A stretch of 64,000 nucleotides of DNA from assembly GCA_040752575.1 (NCBI GenBank), contig JBFMGK010000073.1, forward strand, positions 29,399 to 93,398, given 5' to 3'. The notes beneath the pieces are model-generated. The model was not told the origin of the DNA, ran no database searches, and was given only the letters and a program-made list of their open reading frames with translations. The stretch is from Candidatus Bipolaricaulota bacterium (GTDB lineage Bacteria; Bipolaricaulota; Bipolaricaulia; UBA7950; UBA9294). Of this stretch, positions 20,883 to 29,435 are shown in pieces. A program made the translations under genes and the position numbers. The stretch's first letter is position 1, and every line of letters starts with the position of its first letter.

Positions 20883-21422
20883 CTAGAAGGAACCGCCGCT
20901 TTGGAGGGCGAGCTCGAACGCAGGAAGGTGAGCTTCGAGAGACGCCCTGCGCAGGTTCGAGAAGACCCGTGTGATGTCTGCGTACGCGCTCACGGCGGCA
21001 ACCTGCGCGTCGTAGAGAGCGACGTTGGCGATTTCCGCGTCGACGCCGGCTTGGGCCGCGTTCTCAAGGCTTGCCGGGATCTCCACAACGCCAAGGTAGG
21101 GGTTCTCGACCGGGTAGCTGACCGCGTAGCGGTCGAGGATCCGCTGCAGGGCCACGATGTGCCTCGCCTCCGAGGCCAGGATGCTCGCGTACGGCTCGAC
21201 GTACCCGTACTCCTGAACGATCGCCGCATAGGTTGCATAGGCTGCGTACTCCCCGTCGGGCCCGACGAGCGCTTCGAGAACGACGCCCGACACATCGTAC
21301 GGCAGGGACGCCTGCACGACAGCGCTGGACTGGCTCCATCGCCACCCCCCCGCGCCGAGAACCAGTACGCCGCTGACCAAGAGACCTGCCACAACAAGGC
21401 CGATAAGAGGAATCCTCTTCAT
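20883..21422 (-). CDS. Exported ferritin-like protein (DUF2202-like)
   Basis: Signal/TM helix; EYAAYATY, SEARH, AEIANVALY and SLEAHLPAF di-iron-type helices. Confidence 0.75.
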   Translation of the reverse strand: MKRIPLIGLVVAGLLVSGVLVLGAGGWRWSQSSAVVQASLPYDVSGVVLEALVGPDGEYAAYATYAAIVQEYGYVEPYASILASEARHIVALQRILDRYAVSYPVENPYLGVVEIPASLENAAQAGVDAEIANVALYDAQVAAVSAYADITRVFSNLRRASLEAHLPAFELALQSGGSF

Positions 21423-21608
21423 TGCCGTACTCCTTTCCTGCCGCGGCCCGGCACGTCCGGACCGGATGAGGAGATCGTCAGCTGTTGCCGTGGTCGGTTC
21501 GGGTCAGAGTTGTGGCGCGATGGCAGGCAACATGCGAAGAAGATGTCTCAACCTGATGGCAGAGACATGAGCGGCAGCGGCTCGCGGTCGCCCTCGAACC
21601 GTTTCCGC

Positions 21609-22547
21609 CTATTGCGCAGACCGCTCGGCGAGGTGTCGATCGAGTCTTGCCGCAAGCTCGTCGCGCGAGTAGCCGTGCCGCGGATTGTCGTTCTCATCGA
21701 GCAGTTTGGCGATCAACGCGTTCAGGACGCGGTCGCCCTCCCACCTCGTGCCGACGAGATAGCGAAGCTTGGGCGCCGGAGAGAAGAGCGCGTCGTGGAT
21801 GGCCTCGGCCACGATCTCGGGCGGCGACGGCTTCCGATTCGTTTCGGACTCGGCTTCGGAGGCCGCTTCACCGCTGCCGCTCGAGGCCTCCTCCCGAGGA
21901 GGAGCCGCCAGAAACCCGAGGATCTGGTCCGCCTCTTCGCGGAACGGGTCTTGAGCGCGGCGGAACCTGGCGATCGTCCCGTCTCGCGACGCCGCGCCGA
22001 TGTTCGTCGCCACTCCCCCCGGCTGAACGATGCTCGCGAGGACGCCGTAGGGCTCGAGCTCCAGTCGCAGCGTCTCGGTGTACGACTCGAGCGCGTGCTT
22101 GGTCATCGTGTACGGTCCGTAGTAGGTCTTCGACAGCATGCCGCCCTGCGAGCCGACGTTCACGACGCGCCCTTTCGCCGCCAACAGCAGCGGAAGAAAG
22201 GCGTTCGTCATACGGAACGGGCCGAAAACGTTGACGTCGAACATGCGGAGAAGTTCTTCGTCGGTCCACGTCGACAGCATGCCCAGCTCCCCCAACCCAG
22301 CGTTGTTGACCAGGCCATACAACCCGTGGCCCGCGTCGGTGACCGAAGCAACGGCGTCGCGGATCTGCCCGGGGTTCGTCACGTCGCAGAACAGGGGCAC
22401 AACGTTTGGGATCTCGCGGAGCCGCGTCGCCGCCTCTTCGTTGCGGACCGTTCCGTACACTCGGCAACCTCGCACGGCAAGGTACTCCGCCGTCGCGCGG
22501 CCAATCCCACTCGAAGCTCCCGTCACCAGCACGCAGTCCAAGGTCAT
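21609..22547 (-). CDS. SDR family NAD(P)-dependent oxidoreductase
   Basis: TGASSGIG, NNAG, YTMTK (YxxxK). Confidence 0.92.
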   Translation of the reverse strand: MTLDCVLVTGASSGIGRATAEYLAVRGCRVYGTVRNEEAATRLREIPNVVPLFCDVTNPGQIRDAVASVTDAGHGLYGLVNNAGLGELGMLSTWTDEELLRMFDVNVFGPFRMTNAFLPLLLAAKGRVVNVGSQGGMLSKTYYGPYTMTKHALESYTETLRLELEPYGVLASIVQPGGVATNIGAASRDGTIARFRRAQDPFREEADQILGFLAAPPREEASSGSGEAASEAESETNRKPSPPEIVAEAIHDALFSPAPKLRYLVGTRWEGDRVLNALIAKLLDENDNPRHGYSRDELAARLDRHLAERSAQ

Positions 22548-22826
22548 CGTCACCCTTTCTCCTCTTCGCGAGGCTCTTGTTCCCGGTTCATCCCCGCCCA
22601 TGATGAGTCGACGTCCACAAGCCTATCGGTTCGGCGTCTCGCCCGCGTTCTAGTGGCTCGACCCGTCAACTGGCGGTGCTGTCGCTCCTCCAGCGGTCCC
22701 AGGTCCAAGGCCGAGGCACAGCCGCGCACGGCCGTGAACCTCAAGCCGCCGGTGGGCGACCCACCGATATCTGTCGGCTCGCGCAGACGCGCCGGGCGGT
22801 CGTGTGCGCAGCAAGGAGGCATCCAG

Positions 22827-23303
22827 ATGATCGCACTTCGCCGAATGACCCAGGACGAGTACGACGCGTGGCGGCCGGCGTCTATCGCCAGCTACGCCGC
22901 CGAACACGTTCGCGCCGGCAACTGGGGCGCGGGTGAAGCATCCGAGCAGGCCGAGAAGGCGTTCGATCGCTACCTACCCAGCGGGCTCGACACGGAAGGC
23001 CATCACGTCTGCAGTATCGTTGCGGACGGAACCGGGGAGAACGTGGGCCACCTCTGGTACTGCGTCGAGCCCGCTCCGGCCGGGTCGCGGCTGTTCATCG
23101 CCGACATCGGAATCGGCGAGCCCTATCGTCGCAGGGGGTTCGCACGCGAGGCGCTTCGGTGCCTCGAAAAAGAAGGCCGGCGTCTCGGCGCCTGCGGCAT
23201 TCGACTCCACGTGTTCGGCGACAACGACGCCGCTCGGCGGCTCTACACGGAACTCGGGTACGTCGAAACCGACGTGCAGATGGTGAAAGACCTCGGCACG
23301 TAG
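22827..23303 (+). CDS. GNAT N-acetyltransferase
   Basis: AGGAGG RBS; PYRRRGFA and LHVFGDNDAARRLY..LGY. Confidence 0.87.
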   Translation: MIALRRMTQDEYDAWRPASIASYAAEHVRAGNWGAGEASEQAEKAFDRYLPSGLDTEGHHVCSIVADGTGENVGHLWYCVEPAPAGSRLFIADIGIGEPYRRRGFAREALRCLEKEGRRLGACGIRLHVFGDNDAARRLYTELGYVETDVQMVKDLGT

Positions 23304-23362
23304 CTGCTTCGCAGCGACCGTTTCGTGCGCACCCTTGCCCGCTCTTTCGCTACACTGCGTTT

Positions 23363-23722
23363 ATGGCGGGGATCGTCTTCCTTAGGACTGCGAGGTTCGA
23401 CGAGGTGCGAGCGTTCTACACCGAGCGCTTGGGGATGACCATCTGGCTCGAGCAGCCGGACATCGCCATTCTGCGCCACGGGAACCTGCTCGTCGGCTTC
23501 CACCGGCAACCCGAGGCCGATCTCGACGGGCTCCTGACGTTCTTCTACGAGACGGGCGCCGAGGTCGACGAGATGTACGGACGACTGCGGGACGTTGCGA
23601 CCGGAGAACCCCTGGAGAACCTGAAGTACCGGATCTACCACTTCTTCGCCCGCGATCCCGAGGGCCGGAAGATCGAGTTCCAGCAGTTCCTCCACGGCGT
23701 TCCGCCGGTGAGCGGAGACTGA
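23363..23722 (+). CDS. VOC/glyoxalase family protein
   Basis: FYTERLG and FFARDPEGRKIEFQ motifs. Confidence 0.87.
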   Translation: MAGIVFLRTARFDEVRAFYTERLGMTIWLEQPDIAILRHGNLLVGFHRQPEADLDGLLTFFYETGAEVDEMYGRLRDVATGEPLENLKYRIYHFFARDPEGRKIEFQQFLHGVPPVSGD

Positions 23723-23739
23723 GTGCGACCGCCGCGACA

Positions 23740-24546
23740 TCAAGAGGCGTACGGCGATCTCACGCAACACCGTCGCGCGACGTAGAGAACCGAAAGGACT
23801 GGCCGCTCGATGGTCCCGTCCCGTTCGCGGATGACTGCTTCGACTCGGCTCGTGAGTCGCGCGAGCGCGTCCGGCGCGAGTGCCCGGTGATCTGAGTAGG
23901 TCTGGAGCAGTCGCCCGTACTCGGCCGCCGAGTAGCGCCGTGCCCACGGGTAGCGGCGAACCACGACCTCGCCGAACAGGTCCGAAGCATCGATCTCCTC
24001 GACGGGGCGGCGGATCGCGGCCTCGAGGTCCTCGTGCCCGCCATCGGCAAGCTCGGGCACCTCTTCGCGGTAGATCGCGTCGAGCGCGGCGCGCACGTCG
24101 GGCGGGAGGTCGGGCGAGCGGTTCCAGAACAGAGCGAGCGAGCCCCCAGGGCGCAACGCGGCCGCCGACTTCGCGAACTTCACCTCGGGCGCCACCCAGT
24201 GGAAGGCCGACGCCGAGACGACGAGGTCGAAGGACTCCCGTTCGAGCGGCCAGTCTTCGAACGGGGCGTTCTCGATCCTTACTTCGGGAAACGCGCCGCA
24301 CTTCTCGCGTGCCCGTGCCGCCATCCGCGGCCCGATCTCAACCGCTACGATCGCGTAACCGCGGCGCGCCAGCTCGACGGTCGCCGTTCCCGGGCCACAG
24401 CCCACTTCGAGGATCCGTCCGCCTTCCTGGATGCCTGAGAGCGCAACGAGATCCTCGAACAGCGCGACCGGATACCCCGGCCGCACCTCGTCGTAGAGAT
24501 CGGCCACCGAGTCGAACGAATTCCGAAGACTCAAGTCACGTGGCAT
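23740..24546 (-). CDS. Class I SAM-dependent methyltransferase
   Basis: YDEVRPGYP, LEVGCGPG, FDLVVSASAFHW, LRPGG. Confidence 0.9.
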   Translation of the reverse strand: MPRDLSLRNSFDSVADLYDEVRPGYPVALFEDLVALSGIQEGGRILEVGCGPGTATVELARRGYAIVAVEIGPRMAARAREKCGAFPEVRIENAPFEDWPLERESFDLVVSASAFHWVAPEVKFAKSAAALRPGGSLALFWNRSPDLPPDVRAALDAIYREEVPELADGGHEDLEAAIRRPVEEIDASDLFGEVVVRRYPWARRYSAAEYGRLLQTYSDHRALAPDALARLTSRVEAVIRERDGTIERPVLSVLYVARRCCVRSPYAS

Positions 24547-24671
24547 AGATGGATCGTAGACAAGCAGCGAAGCCGCTGCCACAGCCGCGCGCCGTTGGAA
24601 GCCAGACGATGTGCTCGTGCACACGGCATCACCTTCCCCACGGTGCCGGCGGACAGGTGACCATGCGGCAC

Positions 24672-24938
24672 TCACAGGTTCCGGTACGCCTCGCGACGAC
24701 TCGCGACGCGAAGGACGAGGACAAGAACCGCTTCGTCGAAGATCGTGTAGACGATGACGTAGTCCTTGCCCGCGTGGATTCTGCGCAGGGAGTCCTTCCC
24801 GGCGAGCTGCTTCGTCCCGTCGCAGCGAGGATCCATCGCGAGAACGTCGAGCCATCGCGCGACGCGCTTCTGAATCGCCTTCGGCAGCCGCTCGAGTTCC
24901 TTCGCCGCTCTCTTGGTCAGTTCGATGCCGTAGGTCAT
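24672..24938 (-). CDS. relE: Type II TA toxin, RelE/ParE family
   Basis: 88 aa, basic; AAKELERLP, RRIHAGKDYVIVYTI, RREAYR. Confidence 0.88.
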   Translation of the reverse strand: MTYGIELTKRAAKELERLPKAIQKRVARWLDVLAMDPRCDGTKQLAGKDSLRRIHAGKDYVIVYTIFDEAVLVLVLRVASRREAYRNL

Positions 24939-24968
24939 CGCCGCTTCGCACGTGAGCAGAAGAGACCG

Positions 24969-25226
24969 CTAGAGCCCTAGCCTCTCCCGCAACTCGGAGA
25001 AGGGAATCGCCGCCTCGCCGGAACGCTTGAACTCAGCGAGTGCCCGCTCGCCTTCCTCGCTCCAGTATGCGTCCTCAAGCCGCTCAAGAAGACCGAGGTC
25101 CTCTTCCGAGACGAGGTACACGCTCTTCCCGTCGCGACGATCGACGCGCACGCGTTCGCCCTGGTACGCGACGCGATTGAACGTGTCGGGAGGGATCCGG
25201 GTCTCCGATGCCTTCAGCGTCTTCAT
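24969..25226 (-). CDS. Type II TA antitoxin, Phd/YefM-like
   Basis: 85 aa directly upstream of relE; FNRVAYQGERVRV.RRDGK..YLVSEEDL and acidic tail ending IPFSELRERLGL. Confidence 0.8.
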   Translation of the reverse strand: MKTLKASETRIPPDTFNRVAYQGERVRVDRRDGKSVYLVSEEDLGLLERLEDAYWSEEGERALAEFKRSGEAAIPFSELRERLGL

Positions 25227-25273
25227 CCATCCCCTCGAAACTGTGCGATTTGTACGACTCGCTCCATTTGAGC

Positions 25274-25302
25274 AGTATGAGCTCCGTGGTCTTTGCGATC
25301 AA
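25274..25302 (-). promoter_or_regulatory. Sigma70-type promoter of the antitoxin-relE operon
   Basis: Minus strand TTGATC (25302-25297), 17-nt spacer, CATACT (25279-25274). Confidence 0.55.
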
Positions 25303-25388
25303 GCACTTCAGTAACGGCGCTCGCGGCGGCATGTCGTGCTCCGTTGAGAGTTGCGGCTCTCACGCGTCACGCTAGCCGGCCGCATCGC

Positions 25389-25394
25389 TATAAT
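25389..25394 (+). promoter_or_regulatory. -10 box of hicB-hicA
   Basis: Consensus TATAAT 27 nt upstream of the hicB ATG, in very GC-rich DNA. Confidence 0.55.
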
Positions 25395-25421
25395 CGGTCA
25401 CGAGATCGAGGGACGGTCAAG

Positions 25422-25637
25422 ATGACGAGCGACTTCAGCGTGATCATCGAACGAGACTCCGAAGGCTACTACGTGGCGTCGGTGCCCTCGCTACGCGGCT
25501 GCCACACGCAGGGAAAGTCGCTCGACGAGGTCCTCGAGCGGATCCGGGAAGCTATCGTGCTCTGTCTTCAGGACCGCGGCAGTGACTCAGAGGAGCTTGA
25601 GTTCGTGGGCATCCAGAAGATCACAGTCCAGTCATGA
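25422..25637 (+). CDS. hicB: HicB-family antitoxin (short, no DNA-binding domain)
   Basis: VIIERDSEGYYVASVPSLRGCHTQGKSLDE..ERIREAI. Confidence 0.9.
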   Translation: MTSDFSVIIERDSEGYYVASVPSLRGCHTQGKSLDEVLERIREAIVLCLQDRGSDSEELEFVGIQKITVQS

Positions 25638-25858
25638 CCAGACTGCCCCGCATCACGGGCGATGACGTCGCAGCGGCTCTTCTGCGAGCTGGGTTCGTCG
25701 TCGCTCGCATGCATGGCAGTCATCGGATTCTGCGGCACCCAGATGGAAGGATGACCGTCCTCCCCGTTCACGTCGGCGAGGTCATTGGCCCTGGCCTTCT
25801 CTTGAAGATCCTTGCCGATTGCGAGTTGACCCGGGACGAGTTCCGGAAGCTTCTCTAG
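25634..25858 (+). CDS. hicA: HicA-family mRNA interferase toxin
   Basis: LLRAGF..RMHGSH.IL.HPDGR..VLPVH..IGPGLL; ATGA overlap with hicB. Confidence 0.9.
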   Translation: MTRLPRITGDDVAAALLRAGFVVARMHGSHRILRHPDGRMTVLPVHVGEVIGPGLLLKILADCELTRDEFRKLL

Positions 25859-26682
25859 CGTCGTTGGCTGGTCGAGCTCCCAACACGTACTGCGACTCTG
25901 GAAGCAACCCGGCTGACGGTCGAGTAGTGAAGGCCGGCAGCATCGCCAACCTCCTGAAGCGTGTAGCCGTGGACGCGCAGGGCGTCGTGAATGCGCTGGT
26001 CTCGCGTCGACTTGTCCGGCACCCTTGCGAAGAGCTTCGCGAGACTCGGCCGCCCCGTGAGCCGCTCGCGCCGCGGGAACTCTTTCAAGCTCTCGAAGTC
26101 CGCGAGAAGAGGCTTGAGCTCGGCGACGAACTCGTCGCTGCCAAGAAGGATCCCACCGCGCAACTCGTCCCAGATTTGCACCCCACGACCCGCCTTGACG
26201 AAGTCACGATAGGCCTTCTGCGCACGCGCACGGCTTCTGCCGAACTGCTGCAGAATCCAGTCTGCCGCGAGGAACGACGGCGCCTCCGCCAAGCCTGCTG
26301 TTGCGCGATAGCTCGACCACGGCCAGTCCCTTGCCGAGCGCAACATCTTCGCGCGCACCGGGTTGAGGACGACGTAGCGCGCGAGTTCGAGAAGATGGCT
26401 CTCCTTCTCGACCACGATGGACTTGAACCGACCCTGGAGGACGTGTCCGACTCGCAGGTGCCGGCGGTTGAACGCCTGCGTGTACACGCCGTTCAGATGT
26501 CGCATCCCGCGCGACAGGTTCGGCTCCGGCGTCTCGATGAGTAGGTGGTAGTGGTTCGTCATCAGGCAGTACGCATAGCAGAGCCAGCCGAACCGCTTCA
26601 CCGTGTCAGCGAAAACCTCGAGGAACCGCTCGCGGTCCGGGTCAACAAGGAAGATCGGTTCGCGGGCGTTCCCGCGACTCGT
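25855..26682 (-). mobile_element. REP-associated tyrosine transposase (RAYT / Y1_Tnp, IS200-like) with C-terminal HTH; 5'-truncated
   Basis: TSRGNAREPIF, YCLMTNHYHLL (HUH), FNRRH..VGH..QGRFKS, YVVLNPVRA, WPWSSY, HTH YTLQEVGDAAGLHYSTVSR; the usual N-terminal MARPLR..YHV segment is absent. Confidence 0.85.
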
Positions 26683-26824
26683 GGAAGAACAGGAGTTACG
26701 GAATCCGCACCGGACCGCGATGCCAGCAACTCCCAAGCTACTCAGCACCGCTGAATAGCCGACGGCAGCCTTCGTACTCGAGTCTCAGTGGGCGGGCCAT
26801 GAGAGCAGGCTACATCGCGGAACG

Positions 26825-29398
26825 TCAAGAAGCAAGATCTGACCCCTGCGCCCCATGCGCTGGACCGGTCGCAGGAGTAGAGAGCATGTTTACGTGCTCG
26901 AGGGAGAAGAAGGTCGTAATGGCTGTAGCCTGAGCGGAGTACCTATCTGCCTGAGTGCAAATCTCGGAGAAGTCACCTTGCTTTGTGGAGACAGGGTCGA
27001 GGCTCGCCCGCGCATCCGACGAGACCCACAGGCTGCGTACAACGTCAGGGGGCTTCGCCACAGGGACGCGGCGCAGCTGCACGAACGGTTCCACCTGACG
27101 AAGCACCTCAAGAACAGCTTCGGGCGAGATGACAAACCGGTTGCGCAGCCCCGCGTGATCCTTGAGCAGAAAAAGGCTGCTGAGATCCAGAAGGTCCAGT
27201 GGCATTCGCAGGTCTTCAGCCGCTGCAGCCATGGCATCGGCTACGAGAGGCGCTACCGCTGATCTGCCCCCAAGTGCCCGGGCAGACATCGTCGCTCTCG
27301 GGGGCTGCGTCAAGGAATCGCTCGCAGCACTCAGCTCACCGCTAGGGTAGTTGGCGAACACCTCCTTGTACACTTGGCGGGGTATGAGCTCGACGGTCGC
27401 AACATCTGCTGGACTGAAACTTACATCCGCCTCGAGCCGCTCTGCTTGGGATACGCTCTCGCCCACGAAGTCGGCAAGCGTGCACTGTACGCCTTCAAGG
27501 GCTGTTTCGGCGTTCTGCAGGGTCACATTGACCTCGTCTGCCACTCGCAGACGCCAGAGGACCTCGAAATACTGCTCAACCGATCTTTCCGCCTCGTCTT
27601 CGACCTTGTGTAGAGCTTCCCGAGTCTTGTCTAGTTCTCTCTTCAAGCTCGTCTTCTTCCACACGGTCGAGTACAGGAACCAGCTGCCCGTCGCAGCATA
27701 CGTCACACAGAGCCCTACACCCAGATACGGAAGCACCGCCGGGGAACTCAGTGTTGACCAGCGCGCGGCGCCCGCCAGCGCAAGCAGAATCGCCAACCCA
27801 AGCATTGCTGCCAGAATGGCTCCGGGGACTACCAAGAACGCAGCCACTGCGTGCCAAGCCCGATTCGCCTCGACGCGCTCCAGTTCCTCACTAACAGCAA
27901 TGCAATGAGAGTCATGCTCATCTGCCGTCCTCCCCAGGTCCATCAGCTGCCTGTCCAAGCCCGACGCCAAGCGCTCCTGCGCTGCAGCAATGCCTGGTTC
28001 AGTCTGCAGCCGTGCCTCGCCTTCTGACGGACCGGCGCGGTCCTCTTCGTCGCCGACAGCTCCTCCTTCATCGGCGCTCCCAGGGGTCTCAAGCAATTCG
28101 AAGAGCTCTGACTCAGGTATATTTATCTCCTTACTTAAGTGCTTTGTGTAGGTCTTCCTGAGGAGACGGAGTGTGTAGTCATAGCTCGCTATTGCGTCCG
28201 GGGGGAGCGCGGCCTTCTGACTATCTATCCACTTGCTCCTCCAGAAGCGATCAAGGCACGTCGCGACAGCGGCAAGGACCCAGCGCACCCCTCCTTCGGG
28301 TGAGTCTATCTTCTCTCTCACGGCAGTCCTGAGGGTTGCCTCGCTCTCTTTCCGAATCTGGGCCGCCCGCGCTTGCAGCTTGTGGTAGCCGGGGTCGAAG
28401 ATAGCCTGACGGTAGATCTTCGCGTGCTCTTTGAGCGCCTCGATCGCCTGGCGCCCTGTGCGGTCCTCCCTCTTCTTCGACGTGAACGGGGTGATCAGGA
28501 GACTCCCACTGTCGTCCCTCCTCAGTCGTTCTTCCAGGAGGTTCGGCGAAACGCACGCCAGCAACTCCTTGGCAACAACAATGGCACCGGCTGTCGTGGT
28601 GACACGCCCGGTGGCTACCCTGTCTCGGAGGAAGTTCACCGAGAACTGGCGGGCAATGGCTGCAAGCATTGCGTCCCGTGGCACTACGGCTCTGACAACG
28701 CCCAACGAGCGATAGAACGCCCGGCTCGAAGGACCCGAGTGCTCTCCGCCCGGCCGCGGCACGCGCCCGGCGTACATCAGTAGGGCCGCGACGACCTCGC
28801 CAGCGAGTGCCGCGGGGGTTGCCCCCCCCATGAGATCCTGGCCGCGTGCGTTGATACCGTCAGCAAGCCAAACAGCCTGCACGGCAGGGACTTCCAACTC
28901 CGAATGCGAGGCTTCTAGGAGCAGATCCTCGAGCTCGCTGAGCGTCCGCCTTGCGGAGCTCCAGTGCTCGTCGGTGCATTCGTTCCCCAGCGTTCCGGGC
29001 AACACAGCGATGCAGTTGACGCGCAACTGGATGGACCTCATCCTACAGGCCCGCCGCATCTCCGTCACCACAGAGACTACGGCAGTCGCCACACCCTCCG
29101 TCCAAGCCTCAAAGACCACATAGCCCACTGAATTTTCTTCCACTACAGTCTGCCGGCGAACCGGATCCATAGCTGTCGGGGCTGGGTTGATCGCGAGGAA
29201 TGCGTCCCTAAGCATGCCCGCCATCTCGTCACTCGACTCTGCCCGGCGAGGATCAACGCAAAGGATGTGGCACAGGCTGTCTAAATGGTCGGCGTGCTCG
29301 CGCCCCCAGGAGCCCAGTGCAAGATACTCAATCCTCGCTTGCGCTGTGGCAAGGCCATCCCCTATCAGGACGACGACTGCCCGCTGTATCGGGTTCAC
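26825..29398 (-). CDS. Degenerate tubulin/FtsZ-like (Tubulin_2) paralog with internal TM hairpin and coiled coils
   Basis: Motif blocks collinear with the neighbouring 828-aa tubulin-like protein, but without the Gly-rich T1/T4 loops; two TM helices at about aa 517-578; AGGAGG RBS before GTG. Confidence 0.65.
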   Translation of the reverse strand: MNPIQRAVVVLIGDGLATAQARIEYLALGSWGREHADHLDSLCHILCVDPRRAESSDEMAGMLRDAFLAINPAPTAMDPVRRQTVVEENSVGYVVFEAWTEGVATAVVSVVTEMRRACRMRSIQLRVNCIAVLPGTLGNECTDEHWSSARRTLSELEDLLLEASHSELEVPAVQAVWLADGINARGQDLMGGATPAALAGEVVAALLMYAGRVPRPGGEHSGPSSRAFYRSLGVVRAVVPRDAMLAAIARQFSVNFLRDRVATGRVTTTAGAIVVAKELLACVSPNLLEERLRRDDSGSLLITPFTSKKREDRTGRQAIEALKEHAKIYRQAIFDPGYHKLQARAAQIRKESEATLRTAVREKIDSPEGGVRWVLAAVATCLDRFWRSKWIDSQKAALPPDAIASYDYTLRLLRKTYTKHLSKEINIPESELFELLETPGSADEGGAVGDEEDRAGPSEGEARLQTEPGIAAAQERLASGLDRQLMDLGRTADEHDSHCIAVSEELERVEANRAWHAVAAFLVVPGAILAAMLGLAILLALAGAARWSTLSSPAVLPYLGVGLCVTYAATGSWFLYSTVWKKTSLKRELDKTREALHKVEDEAERSVEQYFEVLWRLRVADEVNVTLQNAETALEGVQCTLADFVGESVSQAERLEADVSFSPADVATVELIPRQVYKEVFANYPSGELSAASDSLTQPPRATMSARALGGRSAVAPLVADAMAAAAEDLRMPLDLLDLSSLFLLKDHAGLRNRFVISPEAVLEVLRQVEPFVQLRRVPVAKPPDVVRSLWVSSDARASLDPVSTKQGDFSEICTQADRYSAQATAITTFFSLEHVNMLSTPATGPAHGAQGSDLAS

Positions 29399-29435
29399 TC
29401 CCCGCCTCCTGTAGCTGGAGTACTTGGCAAGTCAG

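Noticed and set aside
20901..22826. N-terminal ~640 aa of the 800-aa ORF 20901..23303
   Set aside because: Antisense to the ferritin-like and SDR genes; only the GNAT from ATG 22827, which has its own SD, is credible
25855..26830. Intact IS200/IS605 element or REP/BIME array
   Set aside because: No tnpB, and no repeated REP palindromes recognised around the transposase
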